64,000 bases of DNA. Source: Ranitomeya imitator. Lineage: Eukaryota. The translations under genes and the position numbers were made by a program. Below the pieces are notes generated by a model, which searched no databases, had not been told where the DNA came from, and was given only the letters and a program-made list of their open reading frames with translations. Numbering within the stretch: position 1 is the stretch's first letter; every line of letters starts with the position of its first letter. The DNA lies in NCBI RefSeq assembly GCF_032444005.1, contig NC_091286.1:690990001-691054000 (forward strand), read 5' to 3'. Positions 49,409-61,082 of the stretch are shown here, in pieces.

Positions 49409-50314
49409 ATCTGCTCAGCTGTTGCTCACTGTGGTAATTGAGGGTGTGGTCGCTACTGATCCTGCTGTGTGCTCCTGAGCTCCAGAGAACCAACACCTCT
49501 CCACCTGGGGACCTGCTCTACTTCCTACCCTGGGGAGTAGTGGGTTTTCTGGGATGAATGATGTAGCCAAGTCCGAGGCTTCTGTCCCCTGGGCCAGGCC
49601 GGCAAGGAGCAGAGACACTCCATCAGGAGTCTCAGAAATATGGCTCCTACTCCCCCCCCAAGTCTGCGGAGACCCAGAGAAGCCACAAGGTTACTAACAT
49701 GGAGGATAAGCCTGCAAGCGTGTGAGATGGTGGTCCTTCTGGAGGAAAGCTGAGTGCTCCTGGAGGTGAGGCCGACCTCATTAAGGTTGGGGCTGCAGAT
49801 ACCCCAGGAGTTTGTGTCCACCTATGGCTCCTGGGTCATGAGCAACCTCCGTGAGAATGAAGAAGCGAGTAAGACCATCAAGAGGCTCCAGTGTGAAGGA
49901 ACAAATTAAGAAAGATTCTCCATTTTGTGCTTTTTGACTCCATTTTGCTGTTTTAAGATACATTTTGTCACTAGGCTAAAGTTCACAGCTGTCATGAGAC
50001 CTTGATTGTTGCAATCTGGACAGGACATGAGACTGAGGGTGTATTGTTCTACGAGACTTTGATGTACAGACTGTTCCTGCATTCTTATAGGTTAAGAACT
50101 GCGAGCGTGTTCTTATGCTGATTGGTTGAAGTATAACTTCTATGATTATGAAAAGTTGTACACAATAAATGGGGGCCAGAGATCTGCTCGACCCCCCCAA
50201 ACATTGACACACGTCTCCGTCTGCTCATTTTCAGTTGCCGGCAACGCCCTGTAGTTTAATTTGGAAATCACTGAGTAGACTATGAAGGATCAATTTAGAT
50301 CCTCCCTCAACAGT

Positions 50315-50333
50315 TGATGCCCGAATGTGAGGC
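50315..50333 (+). other. Degenerate PBS, probably tRNA-Lys(CUU)
   Basis: TGATGCCCGAATGTGAGGC versus TGGCGCCCAACGTGGGGC: four transitions plus one insertion, 2 nt after the 5' LTR. Confidence 0.5.
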
Positions 50334-51577
50334 CCCAAACAGGAACACCTCTGCCCCCGGAGGACAACAAGACAAAGGACCCTCGGACCGGACACAGGCA
50401 AAAGGACTGATAATCCCCCTCAACAACCACAGTAAGTTGGCAGTTAAGCTGTCCAGACTGACCGTTTGGTGTGGTTTTCCAGTGCTTGTTGCTTCAAAGA
50501 GGATCTTAGATTTGTCCCCGATGGTGGGGTGATTTTTGGGTGGAACCATATAGAGGTGTAGTTCCGTTGGAAGCCCAGTGCTCGGACCGTACCTCATAAG
50601 GGACGGACACCCCGGATTGACCAGTGATGTAATTCTCTTTATAGTCAAAATATCCTGAAATCCTGATCACTGTTAGAATCAGGCGCGGTGAGGTGATCGA
50701 AGATGGGCAGGATGCATAACTCAGGAATATATAGATATATATGTATATGTCCAGGAGTATCCGGAGGGTTAGTGTGAGTCGCCCTCCTACTTTCACTGAG
50801 CACCGCGTTTTTGGGTTGTCCCAGAGGGGGACAGGTAGACCCAGTGGAATAGACTATACGGCCGCTCTAGTACTATGCACGACTAAAGTAAGGATATTTA
50901 GCTCTAAAGGAGAATCAGTTTCCGTGGAAGAAAAAGAAGAATTTGTGTGATGAATCTGATACTGTTAGCCCAAAGACGGGGAAAGAAATCTGTCAGGAAT
51001 GCAGGAAAAATATTCTCAATCATGGGTTTTTCTAAGGTGGTCTGGCAGATGAATTGTGTGATGAAGGTTTTGTAGAAATTAATTCAGTCAGAGAACTGCT
51101 GTATTCTGTTTCTGTGTGCAATTTCTAAAATAACTGATGGGAGGGGTGAATCAAACAGCTGTGGAATTGCTTTATTCTTTTTGAGTTGAGGAATGCTGTG
51201 AATTCTTATTTCTGCTGAATACCTGATGGGAGGGGGGAATCAAACCGCTGTGGGATTTGCTTGTGATTTTCTCCTCTCTGTTGAGTCTCTGGTATGGAAG
51301 GGGCATGTAGCTGCGTTCAAGTTTCTCGGTATTTTCTGTCCTTGGTGTAATACGTGCTGGAAGATCTGTGTTTTTTTTAAAGCAACAATATTGTATTGCA
51401 GTAGAAAGAAATATGGTAAGTTGAAGTTGGAAGTTGAAAGTGAAATATGGTGCCTAGTTTTAGAAGGAAACTTGTAAGTGATTGTTTGGTTATCAGTGTG
51501 ATTGAAAGATTGGTAAAAGATTCACCTGCTTCATGTTGACTGGTTGATATATAGCAAATTGAGGATCAACAAAGGAA

Positions 51578-51862
51578 GTGAATTCTGATTGTTTTTGTTA
51601 TGTTAAAAAAGGAAAGTTGTCTATTACTATGACAAAAACTGGATGTTTTGTGGTGCAAGAAGGAACTGAGAAAGTGACTGAAATTAATGTGTTGGGAAAG
51701 CAAACAATTAAATATTTGGGACAGGGGGTCTCCCTGCTAGATTATTTGGTCCCTCTCCAGGAAATTAAGCCTCTACTCCAGACTGTAAGCCCTACGCCCC
51801 TTAACCCCAAGGCACCAATATATCCTGGACTGCCGAGAAGTTCTATGGGCGTCTTATGGTAG
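51578..51862 (+). pseudogene. Possible gag N-terminal relic
   Basis: Open frame ending PTPLNPKAPIYPGLP, resembling PSAPxYP motifs of retroviral Gag, at the expected position after the leader. Weak evidence. Confidence 0.35.
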
Positions 51863-51992
51863 TATTTAAAGATCTGGGATTCTCATTGTAAAATAAATCC
51901 CATACACATCTTTTTTGTAGTAGCTTTAATGTCTGGCCTTAAATCTGAATTGAAAGAGGCAATAATGCCAGTCAGACCCGATATTGAGACTT

Positions 51993-52029
51993 CCCCTCAG
52001 ACGAAGCTATACGCGAAACGCGCGTCGGG
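51993..52029 (+). ncRNA. Variant minimal type I hammerhead-like motif in an AT-rich Penelope-like relic (~51870-53190)
   Basis: CCCCT CAGACGA A GC-tatac-GC GAAAC GCGC GTC GGG: GAAA and a GUC site are intact, stem III is self-complementary, U4 is replaced by A. Confidence 0.55.
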
Positions 52030-53197
52030 CTGCTGCTACCACCTTGAGGTAATATCCCAGGCTGTTTTTCCTGCACACGCTACTTTACAATTTTCTCCAT
52101 ATGTGAATTAACCTATATGTAGGCTGCTATATTGCTCAGATCACTGCATGCACCTTAAATCAATTTGTCTTACTTTTTGTATGAGATTGTCTCTTTTGTA
52201 TTAAGGATTACATTCCTTTTACATCCTTTTTTTGCATTTTTTTGTAATTTTTTCTGAGTAGCCTTTCTTACAATACACATTTTTTCATATGTATTTTGAA
52301 GCATCCTTTTTTTGGGGCAGGCATTACTATCAACAGGGCCGCATTACTCTCTGAGCCGCATTTTATGTTATATAAGTACATGCAGGATACAATTTCTAGA
52401 TACACATAGACACCATCTGTTTTATGCGCTATTAGTTGGCTAACTATAGTCCCCATTATAATATTTTGTATTATGTATACTAATAGCCAGTTCCTCAGCT
52501 GCACGTCTTTGTAGTTTGCACGGGCGGCAGTGTCCCCGTGTGTTTCACCGTCTTGGCACTTTGTTCCATGTTTTGGCCTGTATTTTATTGGTATGTTATA
52601 TACATTAATAAAGGTTTATATGTTATTTACAATTTTCCCTTGTTGGTGTTCTCTTGTGGTTTCCACAATCCCCCTTGTATGATTCTGTTACAACAAGGTT
52701 TCTTTATCAGTCCGGCCAACACACATTTGTGCACACACGTACGTACTTTACCTACGTGATGTGGCCATCTAATACCGCTGTCTTTATTTGGTATTACTAT
52801 CAACAGGCCTGGGCTCACCAATATGCGCGTATTGCCCCATACTAATTTCTTTTGGGCATAATTTTTACAATGAGAAGTTCTACTTTTGGACTCTGCTAAT
52901 TGTACTATGTTGTTTTTCTGCGCATAAATATGCCTAATTTAAACATTTGATTGTGAACTTTTTGTACATTCAACATCAGCATAATATATTGCCTCTTTTG
53001 GTGGTTTCTCTTTTTGCATATTTTCTACCCCCATTTTTTACTATTTTCATTAATGTTGTACTTATGTTTGTCCTAATAAAATCTTGTTATTTTATGGTTA
53101 AATTGCTTCTAAGTTCGTTCTTTTGATGCTCATATTGATTTGAAGCTTTGCCATTGCAGATATTTTCCTTTTTGATCATGAAAGATTAGTAGTACAG

Positions 53198-53875
53198 ATG
53201 GGTATAGCCAATACAATTGTCTGTTCTATTTTCCTTTACCTTATGATTACACAAATGTGGGATAAATTGGTTAGGGCCACAGATTATCCAGATGATCAAA
53301 TTTGGGATATATTGGATATACTTAATACTACTGTTGTTGTCCAAAACCAACTTATCATAGTCACTAATCAATATACTGTAGTACTGGACTACTTAACAGC
53401 AGCACAGGGTGGTATGTGTCAGATTATTGGACCCGTATGCTATTATTACATAGATCCCAATAGCACTATGAAGTAAAAGTTAGAGGACACTAAAAGACTC
53501 AGAGATAAATATGATAAAGACAGTGATCATAATAAGGACAGTTGTTGGGCAGACACCTTCTCCTTTCTTAATCCAGCCAATTGGTTTAAGGGACTTGGGG
53601 GCTGGAGAGCTGGAATCTTGCAAAGTATGTTACACATCGTTGCCTTTATCCTTGTCATGTATGTAATACTAAAACTTGTTCTTTGGTGTATTTCTGTATG
53701 TATTAAGAAATTCTGCACTGGGACAGCTAATGATGATACCAAAAGCGTTGCGACCCCTTCTGTTCTCTGCATTGATTTCACAAAGTTATCTGATGAAGAT
53801 GTTGAAGCCAAGCGTATGGCTATCTTCAAAATATCCCCACCACCGTCATCAACAATAGTTATCCGTAAATTGTAG
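53198..53875 (+). pseudogene. env: ERV env transmembrane subunit relic
   Basis: NQYTVVLDYLTAAQGGMCQIIGPVCYYYI (immunosuppressive domain plus degenerate CX6CC), WF..LGGW, hydrophobic anchor, cytoplasmic tail. Single frame with one stop at 53474-53476. Confidence 0.88.
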
Positions 53876-55512
53876 CATACAGGGGGGGATGGGTGCGCCT
53901 CAACAGACATGGCTGGTAACATGGCACCAGTCATGTGAAGACCGTACCCTTTGAGCTTATAGCTCGGGATAGTGCCTCTGATGTTGCATATTAGTTAACA
54001 AAATTTATCTAGGGGGGAATGTAAAGGAACAAATTAAGAAAGATTCTCCATTTTGTGCTTTTCGACTCCATTTTGCTTTTTTAAGATAAATGTTGTTACT
54101 AGGCTAAAGTTCACAGCTGTTATGAGACCTTGTTTGTTGCAATCTGGACAAGACATGAGACTGAGGGTGTATTGTTCTATGAGACTTTGACGTACAGACT
54201 GTTCCTGCATTCTTATAGGTTAAGAACTGTGAGTGTGTCCTTATGCTGATTGGTTGAAGTATAACTTCTATAATTATGAAAAGTGATACACAATAAACGG
54301 GGGCCAGAGATCTGCTCGATCCCCCCAAACAGAGAAACACGTCTCCGTCTGGTTATTTTCAGTTGCCGGCAATGCCCTGTAGATTAATTTGGAAATCACT
54401 GAGTCAACCGTGAAGGATCAATTTCGATCCTCCCTCAATACCAGGAGGAGCTGCACTGCACAAGAGCTAAAGCTGCATGTGCCTCCAAACTGAGGAAGAC
54501 CCATCTCCAGAAGGAAGTAAAAACAGGAAATATTGACATCAAAGAGCTGGAGGTAAGGAAAACCATCATCAGAGAAAAAAGTGGACCATTTAAGGAAAAT
54601 ATTATGAAGGAAGAAATATTCAGAGAGATAGCTGATAGCAGAGAACAAAGCCAGATGAGGCTGAAGCCTGAGAGCCAGGTGGATGATGATGATGAGGAGG
54701 ATGACCAGCAGAAAGCCCCACCTGGCAGCCTTCCAAGTCACCCGCATTCCACATGCAGCAAGCTCCTGAAGTTCCAGTGACATTGGCATCTGGCTGCATT
54801 TCTGCTGGCTCTGGGGAGGACAATGACAACAGCAGCCATGGAAGGGTGGTAATGGTAGAGATCAAGCTCCTGTAGTCACCATTGTGCCTTTAGATCTTTC
54901 ATCTTGGTGACAATTTATCGGTGGAGGCACCAGGGAACCAGAAGACCAAGTCATAGAAGACCGAGCTAATGCTGCAGGAAGTGGTAAGCTATGTATGTGT
55001 CCCCCTCCCTGCATCCCCTAAGTCAGTTACAGGGTCATCTTCCTGTATAAGGTTCTGCTGTGGATCCGGTGTAAGGGCGCGGGAAGAGAACAGAACATAG
55101 TAGTGAGGTGCAGAGCTCCGTCTCTGCTTGTATTAGTGGGGTTGTAGAAGGAGGTGCATCCGCCAAGAGGCTAGACAGTGAGGGCAGCCCGGCGACGAGC
55201 ATATGGTCAGGCCATGATACTTTGGTGCCCTCCTCAGTGGGAGGGGGAGTGGCTCAGTGTTGTTTGCTCCAGTAGCCTCCGTGCCCCTGTTACTGCTGAT
55301 CACTTAGTGGAGAAGCGGTGGCAGTGTGAGGGGGTTGCTGGGGCAGGGAGTTCCAGTAAGCCCAGGGTCCTATTTTGTGTTGGCACCATTGGTCAGCAAG
55401 ATCCTAATATTAAGGATCAGCAGTGCTTCACAGTAGCAAAGGATCAGAGGCGCCTGGTAGCAACAGTGAAGTAGCGGAAAATTTCAACTGATGATGCGGA
55501 GGGCACACTTAA

Positions 55513-56237
55513 AGGTACCGTCACACTTAGCGACGCTGCAGCGATACAGACAACGATCCGGATCGCTGCAGCGTCGCTGTTTGGTCGCTGGAGAGCTGTC
55601 ACACAGACAGCTCTCCAGCGACCAACGATGCCGGTAACCAGGGTAAACATCGGGTAACTAAGCGCAGGGCCACGCTTAGTAACCAGATGTTTACCCTGGT
55701 TACCATCCTAAAAGTAAAAAAAACAAACACTACATACTTACCTACAGCCGTCTGTCCTCCAGCGCTGTGCTCTGCACTCCTCCTGTACTGTCTGTGTGAG
55801 CACAGCGGCCGGAAAGCAGAGCGGTGACGTCACCGCTCTGCTTTCCGGCTGACCGACGCTCACAGCCAGTACAGGAGGAGAGCAGAGCACAGCGCTGGAG
55901 GACAGACGGCTGTAGGTAAGTATGTAGTGTTTGTTTTTTTTACTTTTAGGATGGTAACCAGGGTAAACATCGGGTTACTAAGCGCGGCCCTGCGCTTAGT
56001 TACCCGATGTTTACCCTGGTTACCAGTGAAGACATCGCTGAATCGGTGTCACACACGCCGATTCAGCGATGTCTGCGGGGAGTCCAGCGACCAAATAAAG
56101 TTCTGGACTTTCTTCCCCGACCAGCGACAGCACAGCAGGGGCCTGATCGCTGCTGCCTGTCACACTGGACGATATCGCTAGCGAGGACGCTGCAACGTCA
56201 CGGATCGCTAGCGATATCGTCTAGTGTGACGGTACCT
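55513..56237. mobile_element. Highly palindromic Harbinger-type MITE
   Basis: Perfect 15-bp TIR AGGTACCGTCACACT, TAA TSD (55510-55512, 56238-56240), central palindrome GAGCGGTGACGTCACCGCTC. Confidence 0.9.
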
Positions 56238-57382
56238 TAAGACCAGGCATAAGGTCACATCCAGTTCTGTGGAGGAGACTAAGCCCCTTGTGCCTGGTGA
56301 TGCAAAGATAAAAATGTCACCCCCTGTTGTAACTGGTTAAGCTGGAGTGGTGGTGGGTATGAATGAGGAAAATTCTTAGTCTAGTGGAGTGGTTACTGGT
56401 TTGGTGGAGGGTGAGGGGGTTATGGAGGTGGGTATTAGTGTTACTGTTGAAGTTGAAGTGGTCACTGGTCCGGTCACCCTCCTGGTAATGTCAGCGCCTG
56501 TCAGGAGTTATGCAGCTGTCACCTCCAGGGAAAATAGGACGCCCTCCTCATCTCCAGGCACTGGGGACGGCATGTTTCAGCAGTGTCTCCTGGAGGCTCT
56601 AAAGAAGGGAGTGAGATTGCTAATGGTAGAGGGTTGAGAGGTTGTTCTATCTTTCTGGATAGAGAGGCATGAACTCTTTCGCTAATGCAGTCGTGACACC
56701 AATGGGAGAAAGCAGTGAGGTTGATTCTGCTCAGAAAGGGACTGGCAGGGTTGAGCGAGCTGAGGAGAGAGGAAGGAAAAGCAATAAAAAGATGCCTGCC
56801 CAGCTGAGATGTCTACACAAGCACAGGTAGGAGAGGGAGCTGTGCGAGCACCGGATTACTGGGGCAGCCCCTGTCCTGGAAGCTAAAATTGCTACTGAAG
56901 CCACGAGACATGATGAGTTGGATGAGGAGGTCAGAAGGATCCACAGGGAGGAAAATCACCCCCTTCTCAGAGTCCTCCTATTTTGAAATATGGATGAGGA
57001 TAAAAAGCAGTGGCTAGAGGACAAGCATAGACTCGGCACCAAAAAGAAGAGAAAGAAGGTATAACATCTCCCCCCCTCTGAAAAAGGGACCTAAGGAAGG
57101 AAAAACTGACTCCTCCCTGATTGGTTTATCTAACCGGTTCCAAGCACTTGAGAACTTCTCTTCCTCTGAAGAGGAAGCTGATGGTGAGGTTCTGGCTATG
57201 AGAGGCCTCCATCTCACCTCTGGTCAAATTTGGGTGCTTGAATTTTTTTAAACAGTCCTTCCTAAGATTTTCAATATCGCCATTTCCGGCTGAAATAAAA
57301 GCCTCTATGACCGGAGGCTTTTATTTCAGCCGTAAATGGCGATATTGAAAATCTTAGGAAGGACGGTTTAAAAAAATTCAAT

Positions 57383-59299
57383 TTGACCAAAGGTGAGATG
57401 GAGGCCTTACATGAACTGTCACGTGACAACGAAATTGTGATTAAGAAAGCCGATAAGGGCGGTGCTACAGTTGTCTTGGACAGAGAGGAATATCTAAATG
57501 AAATTAATAGACAGTTGGCGGACCCGGAGGTGTACGAGAGATTATCATATGACCCTAAATTTGATATTGCTATAGAAATTAAGGTGATTTTGGAGGATGC
57601 GAAAGAAAAATTAATTATTGATCAGGATTTGTTTGATTTTCTTACAATTAAATTTCCTATCACTCCTGTGATATACATCCTGCCAAAAATACACAAGTCT
57701 CTTGTGCATCCTCCGGGTAGGCCGATTGTTTCAGGGAGCGACTCGATTTTTTCAAGTATAGGGGTCTTACTTGATAAGATACTTAAACCTATTGCTGGGA
57801 GTGCTGAGTCCTTCTTATGTGATACAACGGATTTTCTTGAAAAAATTAATGGAATTAGTATAGTGGGTGAGGTAATTTTAGCGTCATTTGATGTTATGTC
57901 TCTTTATACTTCAATTGACCACAAACGGGGACTTGAGGCAATTAATAAGAAACTGTTGTCCACCCAGTACTCCCCGGAAACTAGGGAGTTTATAATACAA
58001 CTCTTGAGATTGGTGTTAACTAGAAATTATTTTCTGTTTGGTGATTCCTTTTATTTGCAATTACGCGGGACCGCCATGGGCGCCAGCTTGGTGCCCGTGT
58101 ACGCAAATGTTGTAATGAGTGTCCTTGAGGAAGATTTCGTCTATGTGTCCCACCACTTCGGCCTTGTTGCCGCGTGGTGGCGATACATAGACGATGTCTT
58201 CCTCATTTGGACTGGTACTGAAGACCTGCTCCATGATTTCCATAAGTATCTTAATACAATTGATGATACTATTAAATTCACTCTTCTTCACTCAAAAACT
58301 GATATACAGTTCTTAGATGTTAATGTACGGATTGAGGCGAACAAACTAAGTACTCAACTGTATATCAAACCAACTGACAAAAATGATCTGTTGTCCTTTG
58401 ATAGCCAGCATCCGAAAAGAATGAAAGAATCAATACCGTATAGCCAACTTATGCGTATTAAAAGGATTGAGAGTGATGAGAATTCACTGGAAAACTCTCT
58501 GCAAAGAGTTATGACAAGATTCTTGGATAGAGGCTATCCGCAAAATTTGTTGCAAACTCAAAAAAATAAGGTTGATGAATTGAAACGTGAAAACCTGTTT
58601 CATAAAAAAACTAGAACTAAGGAGTTGAACCGTATCCCCTTTGTAATGTCCTACTGTGAGGAGAGTGGTAAAATTGCTAACATTATTACTAAACATTGGG
58701 GGATGTTACACAAATGTTTGCCGCAAGTAGCTGAGTTCTCAAGGCCACCAATGTTTTCGTACAAACATAATCGGACCATAGAGTCAACCTTGGTCAGGTC
58801 AGATATTAGGTCTTTTAAAAAATCTAATCAACTTACTTTCACAGGACAGACTAGGAAGGGATGTTTCCCCTGTCTTTCCTGTGTTAATTGTTGTCTGATG
58901 TTGAAGGGTTCTCTATTTACCCACCCGGTAACTAAGGAAGAGTTTAGGATACGGCACTTTCTGACGTGTAGTTCAGAATTTGTGGTATACCTATTAGAAT
59001 GTCCCTGTCAATTATGGTATGTTGGTGAAACCAGTTGTGACTTCAAGACACATATCAACCAACACCAGCATACTATAAGAAAAAAACGCTTGGATTTACC
59101 GGTTTCCAAACACTTTACGGAAAAAATGCACACAGAGAAGCAGTTGCATTTCCGGATAATTGACACTATTCCCGTTCAGAGGAGAGGTGGGGATCGTATT
59201 AAACTTTTAAAAAGGAGACAATGGGAATGGATAATGAGACTCAACACTCTTAAACCGCATGGTCTGAATGTAGACTTTAAATTAAACCAGCTTTTGTAA
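57383..59299 (+). CDS. Penelope reverse transcriptase plus GIY-YIG endonuclease, 638-aa open frame (N-terminus truncated)
   Basis: IVIKKADKGG, LPKIHK..PPGRPIVS, FDVMSLYTSI, GTAMGA, RYIDDVFLIW, FLDV, CLSCVNC, VVYLLECPCQLWYVGET, VSKHF, LNTLKPHGLN. The frame is open from 57311; first ATG at 57398. Confidence 0.95.
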   Translation: MTKGEMEALHELSRDNEIVIKKADKGGATVVLDREEYLNEINRQLADPEVYERLSYDPKFDIAIEIKVILEDAKEKLIIDQDLFDFLTIKFPITPVIYILPKIHKSLVHPPGRPIVSGSDSIFSSIGVLLDKILKPIAGSAESFLCDTTDFLEKINGISIVGEVILASFDVMSLYTSIDHKRGLEAINKKLLSTQYSPETREFIIQLLRLVLTRNYFLFGDSFYLQLRGTAMGASLVPVYANVVMSVLEEDFVYVSHHFGLVAAWWRYIDDVFLIWTGTEDLLHDFHKYLNTIDDTIKFTLLHSKTDIQFLDVNVRIEANKLSTQLYIKPTDKNDLLSFDSQHPKRMKESIPYSQLMRIKRIESDENSLENSLQRVMTRFLDRGYPQNLLQTQKNKVDELKRENLFHKKTRTKELNRIPFVMSYCEESGKIANIITKHWGMLHKCLPQVAEFSRPPMFSYKHNRTIESTLVRSDIRSFKKSNQLTFTGQTRKGCFPCLSCVNCCLMLKGSLFTHPVTKEEFRIRHFLTCSSEFVVYLLECPCQLWYVGETSCDFKTHINQHQHTIRKKRLDLPVSKHFTEKMHTEKQLHFRIIDTIPVQRRGGDRIKLLKRRQWEWIMRLNTLKPHGLNVDFKLNQLL

Positions 59300-60097
59300 C
59301 ATACAATGATAGTTCTTCCTCCTGTATGTTTTTAATTAATATATGATGATCCTTTTGGATTGATAATATCTTTTGTCTTTTTTCTTCTTTTTTTCCAGGT
59401 GTCCCACTTCATGAAGCGGCTATTTGAATATAATTTTTCTTTTGTCCTCAAAGTACACATTCCTTTCAAAAGAAACTTAATTTATCTATGGGTGGCGTTT
59501 CTATAATAGCTATATGCTCAGCTTATTTATTTGATGTATACAATCTAGAGGGTGCTTTAGCGCTGTTTCACAGTGCTTCCTATGCAGCCGCGCTTACATA
59601 GACTCATGAAGAATATGTCCTGGTTGCTATAGCTGCAAGTAACTGCAGTGAGGGACGGATCATAGGTTATTACCATTACAAAGATGGCGACTAGTGTCCG
59701 GGAGACATACTGCGCATGCGCGGATGTGAGCGCAAGTGATTGTGGGTAGTTTCGTCATTGACATGCTCAGTCTGCCCCTGAGAACGCCGTGGACATGGCG
59801 CTTACAGGAAATATACACATGTGAGTTTTTCTGATGGCGCTTCATGAATTGGGACACCTGGCGTATTTAATTAGCATAATTGAGTACTTAATGTATTTTT
59901 ATATAATGCACTAGTATGCATGAGTATTTATATGTGTATATGAAAAATCCAAAAGGATTTTCGAATAACGCACTGATGCACTTTTTTTTTCCACTTGTCA
60001 CTTTCACATTTATGAAGAATATTTGATATGTAATCTAATGATATTGTTAATGAGCTATGCATGTGTTTTGTATAAGAACCTGACACTTCTATGTAAC

Positions 60098-60135
60098 CAC
60101 TGCTTGAGAAAGGATACTATATCCGAAACGTTGCC
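60098..60135 (+). ncRNA. Atypical hammerhead-like motif (U3-A8 variant) in the Penelope 3' region
   Basis: GC TTGAGAA A GGATA-cta-TATCC GAAAC GTT GC: perfect stem II and palindromic ACGT stem III, but stem I is only 2 bp. Confidence 0.45.
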
Positions 60136-60278
60136 ACGCCATTCGGGCAATAAAGTCCAGGTTTTTTTTTATTTTTGTAGTGCTGTTTTCCTTTTTTTCT
60201 TTTTATATTTTGAGCCGCCATGAACAGTGGCTTGGGAAGCTTTTTCTAAGGTAGTATTTTGATGCTGTTCCGTTTTTT

Positions 60279-60335
<57 letters not shown>

Positions 60336-60396
60336 TATGTATATAGTTTTCATTGGCTCTTGTTTGCTTTATTTGTTTGTATATATTATTTTTTTT

Positions 60397-61073
60397 GGAG
60401 ATGCTTGGAAGCCTAAGAACACCATCACAACTGTGAAACATGGGAATGGCAGCATCATGTTGTGAGGTTGTTTTGCTGCAGGAGGGACTGATGCACTTTA
60501 CAAAATAGATGGCATCATGAGAAAGGAAGATCATGTGTCAATACTGAAGCAACATCTCAAGACATCAGCCAGGAGGTTAAAGCTTGGGCAGAAATGGGTC
60601 TCCCAAATGGACAATGACCCAAAGCATGCTGCCAAAATGGTAATAAAGTGGCTTCAGGATAACAAAGTCATTGTTTTGGTGGACATCACAAAGCGTTGAT
60701 CTCAATCCTATTGAAAATTTATGGACAAAGCTGAAAAGGCCGGTGCGAGCAAGGCGACATATAATCCTGGATTAGTTACACCTGTTTTGTCTGGAGGAAT
60801 TCCGATCAGCTGTTGTGTCGAAGGAGATCCCAAGCGTTTGACCCAAGTCATTCAGTTTAAGGGCAATGGTACCAAATAACAATGAAATGCATGTAAACTT
60901 TTGACTTTGCAATAAGTAATAAAATTGCCATAAAACATTCTCAAATATTAATAATTATGATAATCCTAATTGACCTAAAATGGGAAAGGTTTATTCTGAT
61001 TTCATGCCAGATATTGAGAAAACCTGCAGATGTGTATTTTTATATAGTGAATGGAAACCTCTGGCTTCAACTT
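60397..61073 (+). mobile_element. Tc1 (DD34E-type) transposase 3' relic and right end
   Basis: PKNTITTVKHG.GSIML.GCF, IDGIM, QMDNDPKH, DLNPIENLW; degenerate terminus near 61055-61075. Confidence 0.88.
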
Positions 61074-61082
61074 TATGTATAA

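Larger units (their letters stand above)
49892..54440 (+). mobile_element. Deleted endogenous retrovirus, class I (gamma/epsilon-like)
   Basis: Two 421-bp LTRs (49892-50312, 54020-54440), 4-bp TSD CCAG (49888-49891, 54441-54444), PPT AGGGGGGAA (54011-54019), env-TM relic; no pol seen. Confidence 0.9.
57203..60280 (+). mobile_element. Penelope-like element, 5'-truncated with an inverted 5' end
   Basis: Fold-back at 57203-57407, RT-GIY-YIG ORF, 3' pLTR-like region with CpG-rich motifs, hammerhead-like motif and AATAAA. The right boundary is approximate. Confidence 0.85.
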
